A stretch of DNA of 64,000 nt from positions 1,440,001-1,504,000 of the forward strand of contig OZ242358.1 in NCBI GenBank assembly GCA_965208835.1. Direction: 5' to 3'. Shown piece after piece: positions 1 through 9,646 of this stretch; position 1 is the first letter of the stretch; every line of letters starts with the position of its first letter. The stretch is from Candidatus Latescibacterota bacterium (GTDB lineage: Bacteria > Latescibacterota > UBA2968 > GCA-2709665). Both the position numbers and the translations under genes were made by a program. The notes under the pieces were generated by a model that was given only the letters and a program-made list of their open reading frames with translations, was not told where the DNA came from and ran no database searches.

Positions 1-320
1 CCGTTTTCTTTCAGAAGCGCCTTGATGCCCTTGAGCGGAAGCTGCAGATTGCGATGGATATCGTTGCTCAGCGCCTTCAGTGGCGATACGTAGACGACCT
101 GGGTCCGGTCCTCCAGGGTACCGTTGAGACGCCGCTCGAACAGGTCGTTCAGGACCGCCAGAAACGCGGCGAGCGTTTTCCCGGATCCGGTGGGCGCTGA
201 CAGGAGCACGTTCCGCCTGTTCGCGATTTCAGGCCAGGCCAGAGACTGAATATGGGACGGGCCGCTGAAATTCTGATCAAACCACTGCCGGACAACGGGA
301 TGGAAGGCATCCAGAGGCAT
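1..320 (-). CDS. lhr: Lhr-like DEAD/DEAH-box helicase, N-terminal part (runs off window)
   Basis: Manual translation from ATG 320: [14 protein letters not shown]...[13 protein letters not shown]...[18 protein letters not shown]. Walker A and motif Ia as in Lhr helicases. Confidence 0.85.
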   Translation of the reverse strand, partial: MPLDAFHPVVRQWFDQNFSGPSHIQSLAWPEIANRRNVLLSAPTGSGKTLAAFLAVLNDLFERRLNGTLEDRTQVVYVSPLKALSNDIHRNLQLPLKGIKALLKEN

Positions 321-485
321 GAGGTTTCCTCATACGGTGTCTGTAGAAGCGGGTGTCAGCCGGGTTTGGCTGCCGCCTACCCATTTCCGTACCCGAATAT
401 AATGATCAGCCACGTCAAATGCAAGGTGCCGGAATCAGAATTCGAATTTTTCGCGTGGACGATATACGGACCATTCATCATTCTC

Positions 486-1208
486 TCAAGGCGGTCTGAA
501 TTCGTCCCAGCGGGTGATCGAATCCACCCATTCTTCCCGTACCGCCATCGGACGATCGAGCGAACGATCGAAGTATATCGCGCTCATGCCCAGCGACCTC
601 GGCCCCAGGACGTCGTTGCGAAGATTGTCTCCGATGTACAGGACGTCGCCGGCCCGGTCGTCCGTGAGACTGGCCTGACGAAGCGCCTCGCGATAGATTT
701 CGGCGCCGGGTTTCCTGAATCCAATCGCCGCGCTGTCGATGACGAACTCGAAATGCTGCAGCAGTCCGTGGTCCGCCAGCAGCTGCTCCGGCCATCCGGG
801 CAGGTAGAAATTCGAGACGACGCCCATTCGAACTCTGCCACGCCACGCCGCCAGCATCGCCTCGACCCCGGGCGTTGGCCGGACCTGCTTCGGATAAGAC
901 CTCTCGAATTCTTCGATCATCTTCCGTACGAGCCGATGAACGGGCTTTCCTCCGGTCTCCCCCGTAGCCGCGAGTACATCCGTCAGGCGGTCCGTTAACA
1001 ACACCTCCCTCGAGCCGCTGCTGGCCAGCCGGTTTTTCCGCCAGCGCGAATACGCATTCACGAAGTCGCGCGTTGTGGCGAAGTATCCTTCCCGGACCGG
1101 TAGATCCAGAATGGAGCTCAAACCGGACTCGTCTCCGGTTTCATCGAAGTCGTCCAGGAGCGTGTTAAAGCAATCGAAAAAGATCCACCTGGGTGGGTGT
1201 TCGGGCAT
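486..1208 (-). CDS. HAD-family hydrolase
   Basis: FFDCFNTL motif I, VVSN, RKP, YIGDNLRND motif IV. Confidence 0.85.
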   Translation of the reverse strand: MPEHPPRWIFFDCFNTLLDDFDETGDESGLSSILDLPVREGYFATTRDFVNAYSRWRKNRLASSGSREVLLTDRLTDVLAATGETGGKPVHRLVRKMIEEFERSYPKQVRPTPGVEAMLAAWRGRVRMGVVSNFYLPGWPEQLLADHGLLQHFEFVIDSAAIGFRKPGAEIYREALRQASLTDDRAGDVLYIGDNLRNDVLGPRSLGMSAIYFDRSLDRPMAVREEWVDSITRWDEFRPP

Positions 1209-1235
1209 GGAGTCGACGAAGGTATTGGCAGGGTG

Positions 1236-1988
1236 TCAGTCACCTCGTCCGGAATTCTCGAGCGTCCAATTCAGGACGGTGTCCAGACCGGCGAGATGCG
1301 CGGCCGTTCGCTGCGCCATCGGCCATTCCGTTGGCGTCTCGAAGATGAGTACGTGGTCGGCATGGTGGTGGAATACGTAAGGGACGATCCCGCCGGTGCC
1401 CCAGGACGGGGCGACTCTGTAGACGCCCCGGGAGATGGGGATGTCGTTCTCATCGTCCTCTCCGTCCGGATCGATGGCGCCGATCCCTTCGACCTCCCGG
1501 ACGATATGCGAACCGGCCCAGTCTTCACCGCGCCGGCCCTCGTACATGTAGAATCCTGTGGCCTCCCAGTCCTCGTGAAAATCCACGTACAGGTCGAACC
1601 GCTTTCCTTTCAATATCCGTCTGGCAATCTCGCCCTCCGGAACGTGGGACTCCGAGAACGAGCGGTTGATATCATCACCGTCCCGGTTTTCCCTCCTGTT
1701 GTGGACGTATCCCCATGGATTGACGCAGGGCAGAACGAGAAACGTAAAGGACCGGAGCAGGTCGGCCGGATTCCGCTCGAGAAAGGCGAGGACCGCTTCC
1801 GGTCCGGCCGGTTCGTCGCCATGGACGCCGCCTGAAAGAAGCACACGTTTCCTGCCGCCCGGGGTGCCGCCCAACTGGATACAATAGATGGGATAACCGT
1901 CCACCAATCCGGCCGTCTCCATCTCCATATCCGCCAGGTCCAGTGCCTCCAGCCGCCGGGTCAATCTGTCGAAGTCGTGTCCGGCCAT
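1236..1988 (-). CDS. M14-family zinc carboxypeptidase / succinylglutamate desuccinylase-like protein
   Basis: GVHGDE, NPWG..NRREN, DINR, DFHED, FETP motifs. Start moved to ATG 1988 (MAGHD), which follows GGAGAG. Confidence 0.85.
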   Translation of the reverse strand: MAGHDFDRLTRRLEALDLADMEMETAGLVDGYPIYCIQLGGTPGGRKRVLLSGGVHGDEPAGPEAVLAFLERNPADLLRSFTFLVLPCVNPWGYVHNRRENRDGDDINRSFSESHVPEGEIARRILKGKRFDLYVDFHEDWEATGFYMYEGRRGEDWAGSHIVREVEGIGAIDPDGEDDENDIPISRGVYRVAPSWGTGGIVPYVFHHHADHVLIFETPTEWPMAQRTAAHLAGLDTVLNWTLENSGRGD

Positions 1989-2084
1989 CTCTCCAACTTC
2001 CGTGTTTGCTTGCGCGGCTTCGCTATGCTCAGCCGCGACCAAATAGGTGGAAATGAACGGGCGAGTACATTTGATGGTTCAATC

Positions 2085-2182
2085 ACTCCCCCCTTGAGGG
2101 GGAGTCGCAGAAGCCGAGCCGGTCCCCTGATCCCTGTCCTGAGCTTGTCGAAGGGGCCGGCGACGGCTGATGCGGAGGGGGG
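2085..2182 (+). repeat. Palindromic miniature repeat family C, copy 1
   Basis: ACTCCCCCCTTGAGGGGGAGTCGCAGAAGCCGAGCCGG...CCGGCGACGGCTGATGCGG is nearly the same as 45983-46080. Confidence 0.8.
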
Positions 2183-2267
2183 ATTTCAATGCGTTACCGG
2201 ACACCGGCAGCCTGATTTGAGATCTTCCCATTTTGCGTTGGAGTCTTACAAGTAAGGTCTAAAATGT

Positions 2268-4583
2268 TCAGATAAGTGTCCGATATCGATCCAATGCCCT
2301 TTGTTTTATCGTCCCAATGAGATGCTTCGACACCATCTTAAAGGCACTATCCAGTCCCCAGGCATATCGAGTGTCCACAATTGCTTCACCGGATGGTTCA
2401 ATCTCCCGACGAATTGGCATCTTAATACAATTGGCAAGCTCGACCAATTCATGAATTCCGTCTCTGTCGGAGATAAGGATCGGCGCGCAACATTCGATGG
2501 TTCTGCCCAGCATCAGCGTCGCTAACCGCGACGAATCCGAAGGAAGCTCTTCCCACACATTCCAGATGATCGGTTTGCAATTTGCCTGTTTAGCTCGATC
2601 TATAATATGAAAACACTCAGCTGCATTTAAAATACGATCCTTTGCCACAATCCCGACGTAAACTGATCCATGAGTTGTTTCCAGAGCACGTCCTGGTGCA
2701 TCCACAGCAACCCATCCTGACCGACTACGGACTGCAGGATGTTCGTCGAACAAACCCACACGGATAGGCTGTCTTGCATTCGTATTTGGGGGTTTCTTCG
2801 GTTTTGGTCTCGACAGGTTATCGGCTTTCGGAACACGTTCCCAATCCAATTCTCCTTCAAGCTGTCCCATATCGAGGTCGACTACGTAGACATTCCCCGG
2901 CTCGGAACATTGCGACAACGGCTGCGAGTCATTAGTACCGGCTCGCCGCGCTGTGAGTTCATTACCATCGGGTGAAAAACCAAATGGATGAGTCCCGGAC
3001 TGCTTCTGCATACTGTCGTGAAGCGTACAGAGGGAGAATACGCGATTTTCTACCGCCCTCAGGCGAAGGATTGATGACCATTTGATGTCAATGACATTGT
3101 CGTAGCTCGGATTTATCCATATACGGGCGCCACTTTGTGCGAGAAAGCGAGGCAACAGACCCAAATATTGGTCGTGGCAAATCGTGGCGCCAGCCCTCAC
3201 ACCGCTCAAGTCGAAGGTTGGTAGCGCATTTTCCGGTTGCCAATCAAGCCGCTCAAATGCGACGGCCTCTTCTGTGGAATGTTTCGTGTAAAATCGTGAA
3301 GCTGTTCCGTCTGGGTCTATGCGAACAAGCACCTGCCAGGTGCGGCCAGTAGAGTCGACATTATTATCGGCTGCGCCGACCAGCAATGGCGCAGCCAGGG
3401 CCACGGCGAGTTTCTTCAGTTGGTTGATACGTTTGGAATCGGTCGCGCTAATATATCCTTCCGGAAAGAGAACAAAGTCTACGTTCTCGCCAGCGAAGGA
3501 CGCGTGGGTGGGTATGACGGGTTTCTGGGCATTGTCTCCGAGAGGTACGATTCCGAGTAGCGTCTTATGGTCTACCTGAGGAAACACGAGCGCCGCTCGC
3601 AGTACAGAAGTCTTTCCAGCAGCGGATTTATGCCTTTTGATCGTCGTTTGGCTTGTTCTTAGGGGCTTCCGCGTTGAACTGCGATTGCCGATAGAATCGG
3701 AGAATCGCTGCCGGTCGATTGTGCTGTCCGGGTCGAGCGAGCACCAGACTATATCGCGGGAGTGCAGTCTGACTGTTGGCTGAAGTCCCTTTGTCGACGG
3801 TAAGAGATCGCGTAGCGCGTCATACCAGGCACGCTGTTCGTCGCGGAATGGGGGATCATTGTCCTTCGCATCGTGTTGCTCACAGTGGGAGATCCATTGC
3901 TTTCCGGAAAAACCCAGTGCCAGGTCGTCCGGGTACGCGTGGAGGGTCAGCTTTCGAGGCATCGTAAAGTGTTGTCGTTCATCAAATTCCAGGATGAAGC
4001 CGGGGTCCGGTACCCAAAAGTCGCAAGCGGCCAGAGTTTCGGATCTCACGAAATCATCCATGGCAAAGCCACGGTATTTCTTTAGAATTGCTGCGAGTTC
4101 CCGCAGTGTCGAGTAGATCGGTGTTCCGGCGTATGAGGAGAGATGAGTTGGCCAGACAAACTTATAGTCCGCGACGCATTCTCCATAGATTCGTTCTAGA
4201 AGCTCGCGAACGCGGACCTTACAGTCAGGACAATGCTCGTAGTGATGTTCATGCTGAATCACGGTCTTCTTCTTCTTGGGTCGACCAGCATGAAACGTGG
4301 ATGGCGAGTGGCGATATTTACCTCCGCAATCGCACTCGACAATTTTGAAGCCACGTTTCCTCAGAAAGCCATTGGACTCACCGCCGCCAGAGAATTCGTA
4401 CGAAGGAAGAAGCCGATCCGTTGCTATCTTGTGAGCCAATGCGACCGTGTACTTGGGTGGGTAATGACAGCCGTCCTTAACCAGGCAGTAATGCCGCCCC
4501 TTCCTGCGCGGCGGAACACCCTCAAGCCTGATGCGACAAATTGCTTTGTGCAGGTGCTCGCTTTTGATGCAAGACGGTATCAC
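2268..4583 (-). CDS. 771-aa multidomain protein: McrA/McrB-type N-terminal domain + PD-(D/E)xK-like nuclease + carbon-nitrogen hydrolase + unknown C-terminus
   Basis: YPPKY...EFSGG..N.FL...GF N-terminal motif; CDFWVP..FILEFDERQH; nitrilase triad FPEGY, YTKH, TICHD plus RAVEN. GTG start follows GGAGAG. Visibly more AT-rich than its neighbours. Confidence 0.75.
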   Translation of the reverse strand: MIPSCIKSEHLHKAICRIRLEGVPPRRKGRHYCLVKDGCHYPPKYTVALAHKIATDRLLPSYEFSGGGESNGFLRKRGFKIVECDCGGKYRHSPSTFHAGRPKKKKTVIQHEHHYEHCPDCKVRVRELLERIYGECVADYKFVWPTHLSSYAGTPIYSTLRELAAILKKYRGFAMDDFVRSETLAACDFWVPDPGFILEFDERQHFTMPRKLTLHAYPDDLALGFSGKQWISHCEQHDAKDNDPPFRDEQRAWYDALRDLLPSTKGLQPTVRLHSRDIVWCSLDPDSTIDRQRFSDSIGNRSSTRKPLRTSQTTIKRHKSAAGKTSVLRAALVFPQVDHKTLLGIVPLGDNAQKPVIPTHASFAGENVDFVLFPEGYISATDSKRINQLKKLAVALAAPLLVGAADNNVDSTGRTWQVLVRIDPDGTASRFYTKHSTEEAVAFERLDWQPENALPTFDLSGVRAGATICHDQYLGLLPRFLAQSGARIWINPSYDNVIDIKWSSILRLRAVENRVFSLCTLHDSMQKQSGTHPFGFSPDGNELTARRAGTNDSQPLSQCSEPGNVYVVDLDMGQLEGELDWERVPKADNLSRPKPKKPPNTNARQPIRVGLFDEHPAVRSRSGWVAVDAPGRALETTHGSVYVGIVAKDRILNAAECFHIIDRAKQANCKPIIWNVWEELPSDSSRLATLMLGRTIECCAPILISDRDGIHELVELANCIKMPIRREIEPSGEAIVDTRYAWGLDSAFKMVSKHLIGTIKQRALDRYRTLI

Positions 4584-4723
4584 CGTTTTTCTCTCCCGAA
4601 TAATTCATGGAAAAACGAAGCTTTCATACTCAAGTCATTGTATTATATTATAGTTACGCAATTTTCATGTGAAAGATACAGTCGCATTGGCCGTGACGCA
4701 AACATCCAACGAACCCTTCACAG

Positions 4724-4867
4724 GGTGGAGCGGACATTCCTGTCTGCTCACGTACATATAACCGATTGCCCGGACGCAGTGGCAAGTCGCAAGCCTGCCA
4801 TGGTCGCTCTATGGCGCCTTCCGGCAGATGGACAGCGAGACGGGCAGACAGGAATGTCCGCTCCACC
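4724..4867. repeat. Inverted REP pair (REPIN-like, family D)
   Basis: GGTGGAGCGGACATTCCTGTCTGCTC (4724-4749) and near-perfect reverse complement GGGCAGACAGGAATGTCCGCTCCACC (4842-4867). Confidence 0.8.
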
Positions 4868-4973
4868 TTCAGACACACTTTCCTATCGGCTGGACTGACC
4901 AATTGGTCAGCCGTCTCTGGCCTCGGAGAACGGAGGCATGTCATGTGCTTCGTTGTAAACCTCCACTTACGTA

Positions 4974-5792
4974 TCACGATTCTTGAGTCGCGTATCGTAT
5001 CGCGTGGTGGTCGTAATCGCTCGTGATGGGCACGGGTTTCCCTTCCAGAAACGCCCATCTCCCCACGTCGCACGCGGATGCGCGGACGAATCCGTTGATG
5101 TAGGATCGCCGGGGATTATGTGTCGTATTGGGCGACGAGCCGTGGATCGTGTATGACGTGAACATAAGCACGTCGCCCGGTTTGGCCTCGCAGGGAACGG
5201 CAGCGGAGACGTCAACCTGCGCTTCAACGCTTCCCTTCGCGTACCGTTTCACTCTCAAGTCGCCCAGTTTGTGGCTCGCGGGAACGACGTGCAGACACCC
5301 GTTGGCGACGTTCGACTCGTCTACCACAACGATGGTCTGTACGTAATTGTTGACTTGATCGCGAAACGCGGGTGTGGGGCGTACGTCCTGGTGCCACGGA
5401 AACTCGATCTTCCCGCCCGGCATCTTGAAGTTGATCTGGTTGATATACTGCTTCAACGTCGTCCCGATCAGCGGCGCCAGGAGTGCCGGGAATCTGGGAC
5501 TGTTTCGGATTTCTTCGAACGCCGGATGGATCAGCGCGGGCCACTGGACTTTGCGTAGATATCGAACCGCGTCGGGTCCGGCCATCGGCCCTGGAGTCTG
5601 CAGGTGAATATGTACGTCATTCCGCCTGCCATTGAGGACTTCCTCCGGCAGATCCGTCCGCGAAGCCAGCTCCAGGATATAGTCGTAACCTTCGCGCAAA
5701 CGCACGATTTCGTCCCGCCCGAATACCCCGCGCGCCACGTGGTATCCCTGTTCCCTGAAGGCTTCGACGTCTTTCTGGCTGAGCGTCTTCAT
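4974..5792 (-). CDS. Phytanoyl-CoA dioxygenase (PhyH) family protein
   Basis: F.EQGY, PWHQD, NGCL.VVPASH, GDVLMF..YTIHGSSPN...RRS. Start MKTLSQ at 5792. Confidence 0.9.
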   Translation of the reverse strand: MKTLSQKDVEAFREQGYHVARGVFGRDEIVRLREGYDYILELASRTDLPEEVLNGRRNDVHIHLQTPGPMAGPDAVRYLRKVQWPALIHPAFEEIRNSPRFPALLAPLIGTTLKQYINQINFKMPGGKIEFPWHQDVRPTPAFRDQVNNYVQTIVVVDESNVANGCLHVVPASHKLGDLRVKRYAKGSVEAQVDVSAAVPCEAKPGDVLMFTSYTIHGSSPNTTHNPRRSYINGFVRASACDVGRWAFLEGKPVPITSDYDHHAIRYATQES

Positions 5793-5952
5793 AGCGTTTC
5801 GTCTTTTGCGCTCCGAGCTACATCTTCGCACGAATTTATGCCGTCATCTCTCGGATCTGTTCGTCGGTCGGATATGCTGTCCGTACGTCGTCGAAGCAGT
5901 TGCCACGGAAAAACACGTACCCGTTTCGTGTAGAAGCTTCGCTGCAAGGTGT

Positions 5953-6098
5953 AACCTTGATTCACAATTCTTCGGGGATCTGAATGTCAAATGTATACAG
6001 AAGAACAAATGCGAATTGACGTCAAAGGTCCCGGATATTTGTGGTCACTGGACGTGAAGGGAAGTTTTATCCATTTGTACGACCTCAATACCCCGTTT
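5953..6098 (+). repeat. AT-rich about 145-bp repeat family E, copy 1
   Basis: Collinear blocks AACCTTGATTC, CTTCGGGGA, GGTCACTGGACGTGAAGG and CCCCGTTT are shared with 42157-42301. Confidence 0.7.
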
Positions 6099-6169
6099 TC
6101 GCACCGTCACCTTCTGTGCCTTTTGTGCTTGTTGTGGTAGATTAGCGGTTGTCTTTTTTCGAATTATGG

Positions 6170-6979
6170 CTAGTCCAGTTCCGGCAGGTTCGACTGGTCG
6201 ATGAGAACCCTGATCGAGCGCGGACGACGCGCAACCCGTGAGATGAAGCCCTGCTCTTCCAATCGCTTGAGCATGCTGTTCACGGACGGCGCCGTAACGC
6301 CGAAGTAGCGCTGGATATCGGCCTGGGCGGGCGGAATGCCATTTATCTTGGTGTAGTAGTGAATGAAGGCCAGATATTGACCTTGTCGATAGGTATAGGA
6401 GGTGTCAACGATGGCATCGTAGAATGCGTCAATATCGAACTCAGCCAGGTATTTATTGACATTATCGATGGGGTAGTACTCGGGGTCGAATTTACCCCCA
6501 ATCCAGTCGACCATCGAGGAATGTTCCGGATGATCGGCGTCCGCCAGGGCCTCGAGAAATTCCGCATATCCCTCGACTCCGCCCACATCTTCCGGCGGAC
6601 AGGATCGCTCGCCCGCCAGAACGACGGTTTTGAATTGCTCGTCTTCAGATTCTTCGATTGCTTCGACTTTCACCTGATGCTCCCAACTGTCACCGAAATC
6701 GTATTCGTAGAGAAATTCGACCCCGACGAAGGGCGCCACCTGCTCCAGCGTGAACATTTCTTCTTCCTGCACGTCTTCACCCAAATCGTCGAATTCCGGG
6801 TCGTACATCCCGTAGCGGGTGTCGCCTATTTGAAACTCGTGGAGGTGGGAGTTGGTCCACCCCATCGCGATCTGAAGGTACAGGTGGAGGTCGTCCAGAG
6901 ACCTCTGCCCGTCAACGAGGACGCGTCTCCAGATAGGCGGCTCGATGTTCAGCATGGTGATCTTGAGTTGGTAGATCAT
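6170..6979 (-). CDS. pRiA4b ORF-3 family protein with C-terminal LexA/MarR-like winged HTH
   Basis: IYQLKI..PPIWRR, GW.NSHLHEF, YDFGDSWEH, CPPEDVGG. C-terminal QGQYLAFI..PPAQADIQRYFGV.APSV..ML..LE..GFI. AAGGAG precedes ATG 6979. Confidence 0.85.
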   Translation of the reverse strand: MIYQLKITMLNIEPPIWRRVLVDGQRSLDDLHLYLQIAMGWTNSHLHEFQIGDTRYGMYDPEFDDLGEDVQEEEMFTLEQVAPFVGVEFLYEYDFGDSWEHQVKVEAIEESEDEQFKTVVLAGERSCPPEDVGGVEGYAEFLEALADADHPEHSSMVDWIGGKFDPEYYPIDNVNKYLAEFDIDAFYDAIVDTSYTYRQGQYLAFIHYYTKINGIPPAQADIQRYFGVTAPSVNSMLKRLEEQGFISRVARRPRSIRVLIDQSNLPELD

Positions 6980-7003
6980 GCACACGCTCCTTGTCAAGCG
7001 AGT

Positions 7004-7813
7004 TCATTTTTGCTTGATGGCCACCAGAAGACCTGTTTGTTTCCGGATGTGTATAGCGCCCCTGCTGGCGATCTCCCGTTCCGCGATTTTCCCCAATTCC
7101 CGTAATTCCCTGGCACTGAGCCGGTTGAACGACTTGAAATAGGCGACCAGTGGTCCGGACTCCGTAATTCGGAGAGCGTCTTCGTACTTTCGTAAACGTG
7201 CGTTGGAGAACCATTCGTCAAGCTCCTTGCGGCCGCTTTCGAGACTGAACCAGTCGGAACTCTCCTCTTTGTCCGGAAATGCATTCGGATTCACCCTGCG
7301 CCCGAGTTCGGTGATGCTTCTCTTGTCGCCCCTGCCATTTGCGGCCGCGTAAAGACGGCCACCCGGTTTCAATACCCGACGAATTTCAGCAAATGCTCTT
7401 TTGCGGTCGGGCACGTGATACAGCATGTGATTCGCGATAACGACGTCGAATTCACGGTCGCCGAAAGGGATTGCCTGGACGTCGCACACGACGAAGTCGA
7501 ACGTTGCTTCGATCCCGGACAGACCCTCTCTCGCGGCCATGACCATTCCAGGCGAGAAGTCGGACAGCGTCACCCGCCAATGCGCAGGTATCCTTTCCGC
7601 ATTGTGGGTCCAGAGATAGGCCGGTCCGCAGCCGACCTCCAGGATCCTCCCGCCTGAATGCGACTTAAGTTGATCGAAGACCCACGGGTGCCAGCCGCGC
7701 TTGTTCGTGCTGAATCGTGCGTGGAGTTCGAACCTCGCATTGAGGTTGGCCGTGTCTCCATACTGTTCGAGACGGAGACGGTCCCGGTCGGAGTGTCGTG
7801 AGGACGTCTGCAT
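7004..7813 (-). CDS. Class I SAM-dependent methyltransferase
   Basis: ILEVGCG, DFSPGM, FDVVIANHMLYH, EIRRVLKPGG. Confidence 0.9.
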   Translation of the reverse strand: MQTSSRHSDRDRLRLEQYGDTANLNARFELHARFSTNKRGWHPWVFDQLKSHSGGRILEVGCGPAYLWTHNAERIPAHWRVTLSDFSPGMVMAAREGLSGIEATFDFVVCDVQAIPFGDREFDVVIANHMLYHVPDRKRAFAEIRRVLKPGGRLYAAANGRGDKRSITELGRRVNPNAFPDKEESSDWFSLESGRKELDEWFSNARLRKYEDALRITESGPLVAYFKSFNRLSARELRELGKIAEREIASRGAIHIRKQTGLLVAIKQK

Positions 7814-7894
7814 GGTGTGTACACCCGACTTGGCTCGAATGCCGGCGGGCGATTCGCGTTAGAGCGGTTGTTCACCGGCGGCGCGTAATCCCAT

Positions 7895-9646
7895 CTATTT
7901 CTCCGCGCCGTATCGCCTGAGCAAAGCGCCGATGTCTGTGATCTTCGTGTCGAGGCGGGCGTATTCTTTGTGGCCCTGCGGATTCTCGCTCCAGGTCAGG
8001 GGCGTCGCCCACGTCGCGCCCGCCAGATTCGGGTCCGCGCCCGCTTCCAGCATGAACCTGGCGAGCCCGGGCCACTCGAAGCGAACCGCCATTGCGAGCG
8101 GCGTGGATTGCCTCTCTCCGCCCAGCACGTCCAGCTCCGCACCACGGTCTATCAGCTTCTCCGCGAACACGATCCGGTCCTGCTCGGTGACGTGCCAGGT
8201 GATTTCCGCGGTCCAGTGAAGGGGTGTGAGACCGCCCTTCCTGTCGCGCGCATTCGGATCGAACCCATGATCCAGAAGGCGTTCGAAGCAGGCGTAGAAG
8301 TGTTCGGGCCGGGCCTTTCCCGGGTTGCGCGGACATCGGAGGCGCCACATCCGCATGGCCAGACACAACACGTCGTGCATTTCGCCCTCGGAAAAGCCCG
8401 GATTCTGTGAGAGACACAGTGCCACGAGATCCGGATGACCGCCGTGGACGGCGCCTTTCAGAACGTCCTTCGCACACGATGGATCGGAGTTTACGAGTGC
8501 GGCATCGACGGCGATGTTGTCGCTGTTCGAGGCGTAGAATCCAGGCGCGACACCGTCGTCGAACCCGGGAAATGCGCCGTGCCGCAACAGCAGTTTTTCC
8601 ATGGCGACGTTCCCGTTCGCGATCGCCCAGTTCAACGCGTTGCCGGACGCGTCCATCACGGTATGCGCCGATGCTCCGTTCTCAAGGAGCAGCGTTGCCA
8701 ACTCCAGATCGTCGTTGAGCGCCGCCGCGTGTAACGGGGCGCCTCGCTCGGCCACGGGGTATCCTTCGTACTTGTCGTAAGGCGTGTCCGGATCCGCGCC
8801 ACGTTCCAGCAGGAGGCGCACGACCTCAAGGTGTCCCCTGTCGGCGGCAATGGAGATCGGATACGCGTCCATGCCGGGGTAATTCCGGGCCCAGTCATTC
8901 ACGGCGTCGGGATCGCCATCCAGAATCCTCCGCGCGCCAAGGACGTCGCCGATGGCGCAGGCAACCCACAGGTCGTATTCCGCGCCGTGTCCCAACAGGA
9001 TGCCCCCGATGACCGGCCAGAGCGGGCTCGGTTGCGGGTCCCACCCGCGTTTTGGCCGGGGACCGAGCGCAAGGTGGATTGGCTTCTTCTCTCGAGCGTT
9101 CGTTCGATTCGGATCGGCGCCGCGATACAGGAGTTCCTGAGTCACGTCGACATGATGATTCTCCACCGCGACGTGAAGCGCCGTATCGCCGCTTCTGTTT
9201 ACACCGTGTATCCCCGCAGGGTCCGCATCGAGCAGTTCATTCAAGCGTTCAAGATCGCCTCTGACCGCGGCCAGGCATAATTCGACTCCGGTCTCTGTCT
9301 CTCCGGACTGCCGCAACCGCCAGGCTTCCATTGCTTCCTCCACGTCGGTATGCCCTTGGTGGCGGGCCATATCGATTGCCGACACGCGCTCCCGGTAGGT
9401 TATCCGCGTGGGGCTGGCGCCGGCAGCCAGGAGCAGCCTGACCACCTCCAGGTGGCCCTCACGCGCAGCGTAGTGAATGGCCTGATAACCCTGTACCCCG
9501 TCCCGGCGAGCGAGATCGGGTTTCCGCTTCAGGATGGCCTGTACCGATTCCACGTCGCCCCGACGCGCCGCCTTGCAGATTTCGGCGACACCGGCGATCT
9601 CGTCATCCCGGGCCGGTCCATTCCTGCGAGACTCTCTCTTTGCCAT
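7895..9646 (-). CDS. Ankyrin-repeat protein
   Basis: Many ankyrin repeats: AIHYAAREGHLEVVRLLL, TALHVAV, PLHAAA, TPLHW, GADPN. Confidence 0.9.
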   Translation of the reverse strand: MAKRESRRNGPARDDEIAGVAEICKAARRGDVESVQAILKRKPDLARRDGVQGYQAIHYAAREGHLEVVRLLLAAGASPTRITYRERVSAIDMARHQGHTDVEEAMEAWRLRQSGETETGVELCLAAVRGDLERLNELLDADPAGIHGVNRSGDTALHVAVENHHVDVTQELLYRGADPNRTNAREKKPIHLALGPRPKRGWDPQPSPLWPVIGGILLGHGAEYDLWVACAIGDVLGARRILDGDPDAVNDWARNYPGMDAYPISIAADRGHLEVVRLLLERGADPDTPYDKYEGYPVAERGAPLHAAALNDDLELATLLLENGASAHTVMDASGNALNWAIANGNVAMEKLLLRHGAFPGFDDGVAPGFYASNSDNIAVDAALVNSDPSCAKDVLKGAVHGGHPDLVALCLSQNPGFSEGEMHDVLCLAMRMWRLRCPRNPGKARPEHFYACFERLLDHGFDPNARDRKGGLTPLHWTAEITWHVTEQDRIVFAEKLIDRGAELDVLGGERQSTPLAMAVRFEWPGLARFMLEAGADPNLAGATWATPLTWSENPQGHKEYARLDTKITDIGALLRRYGAEK

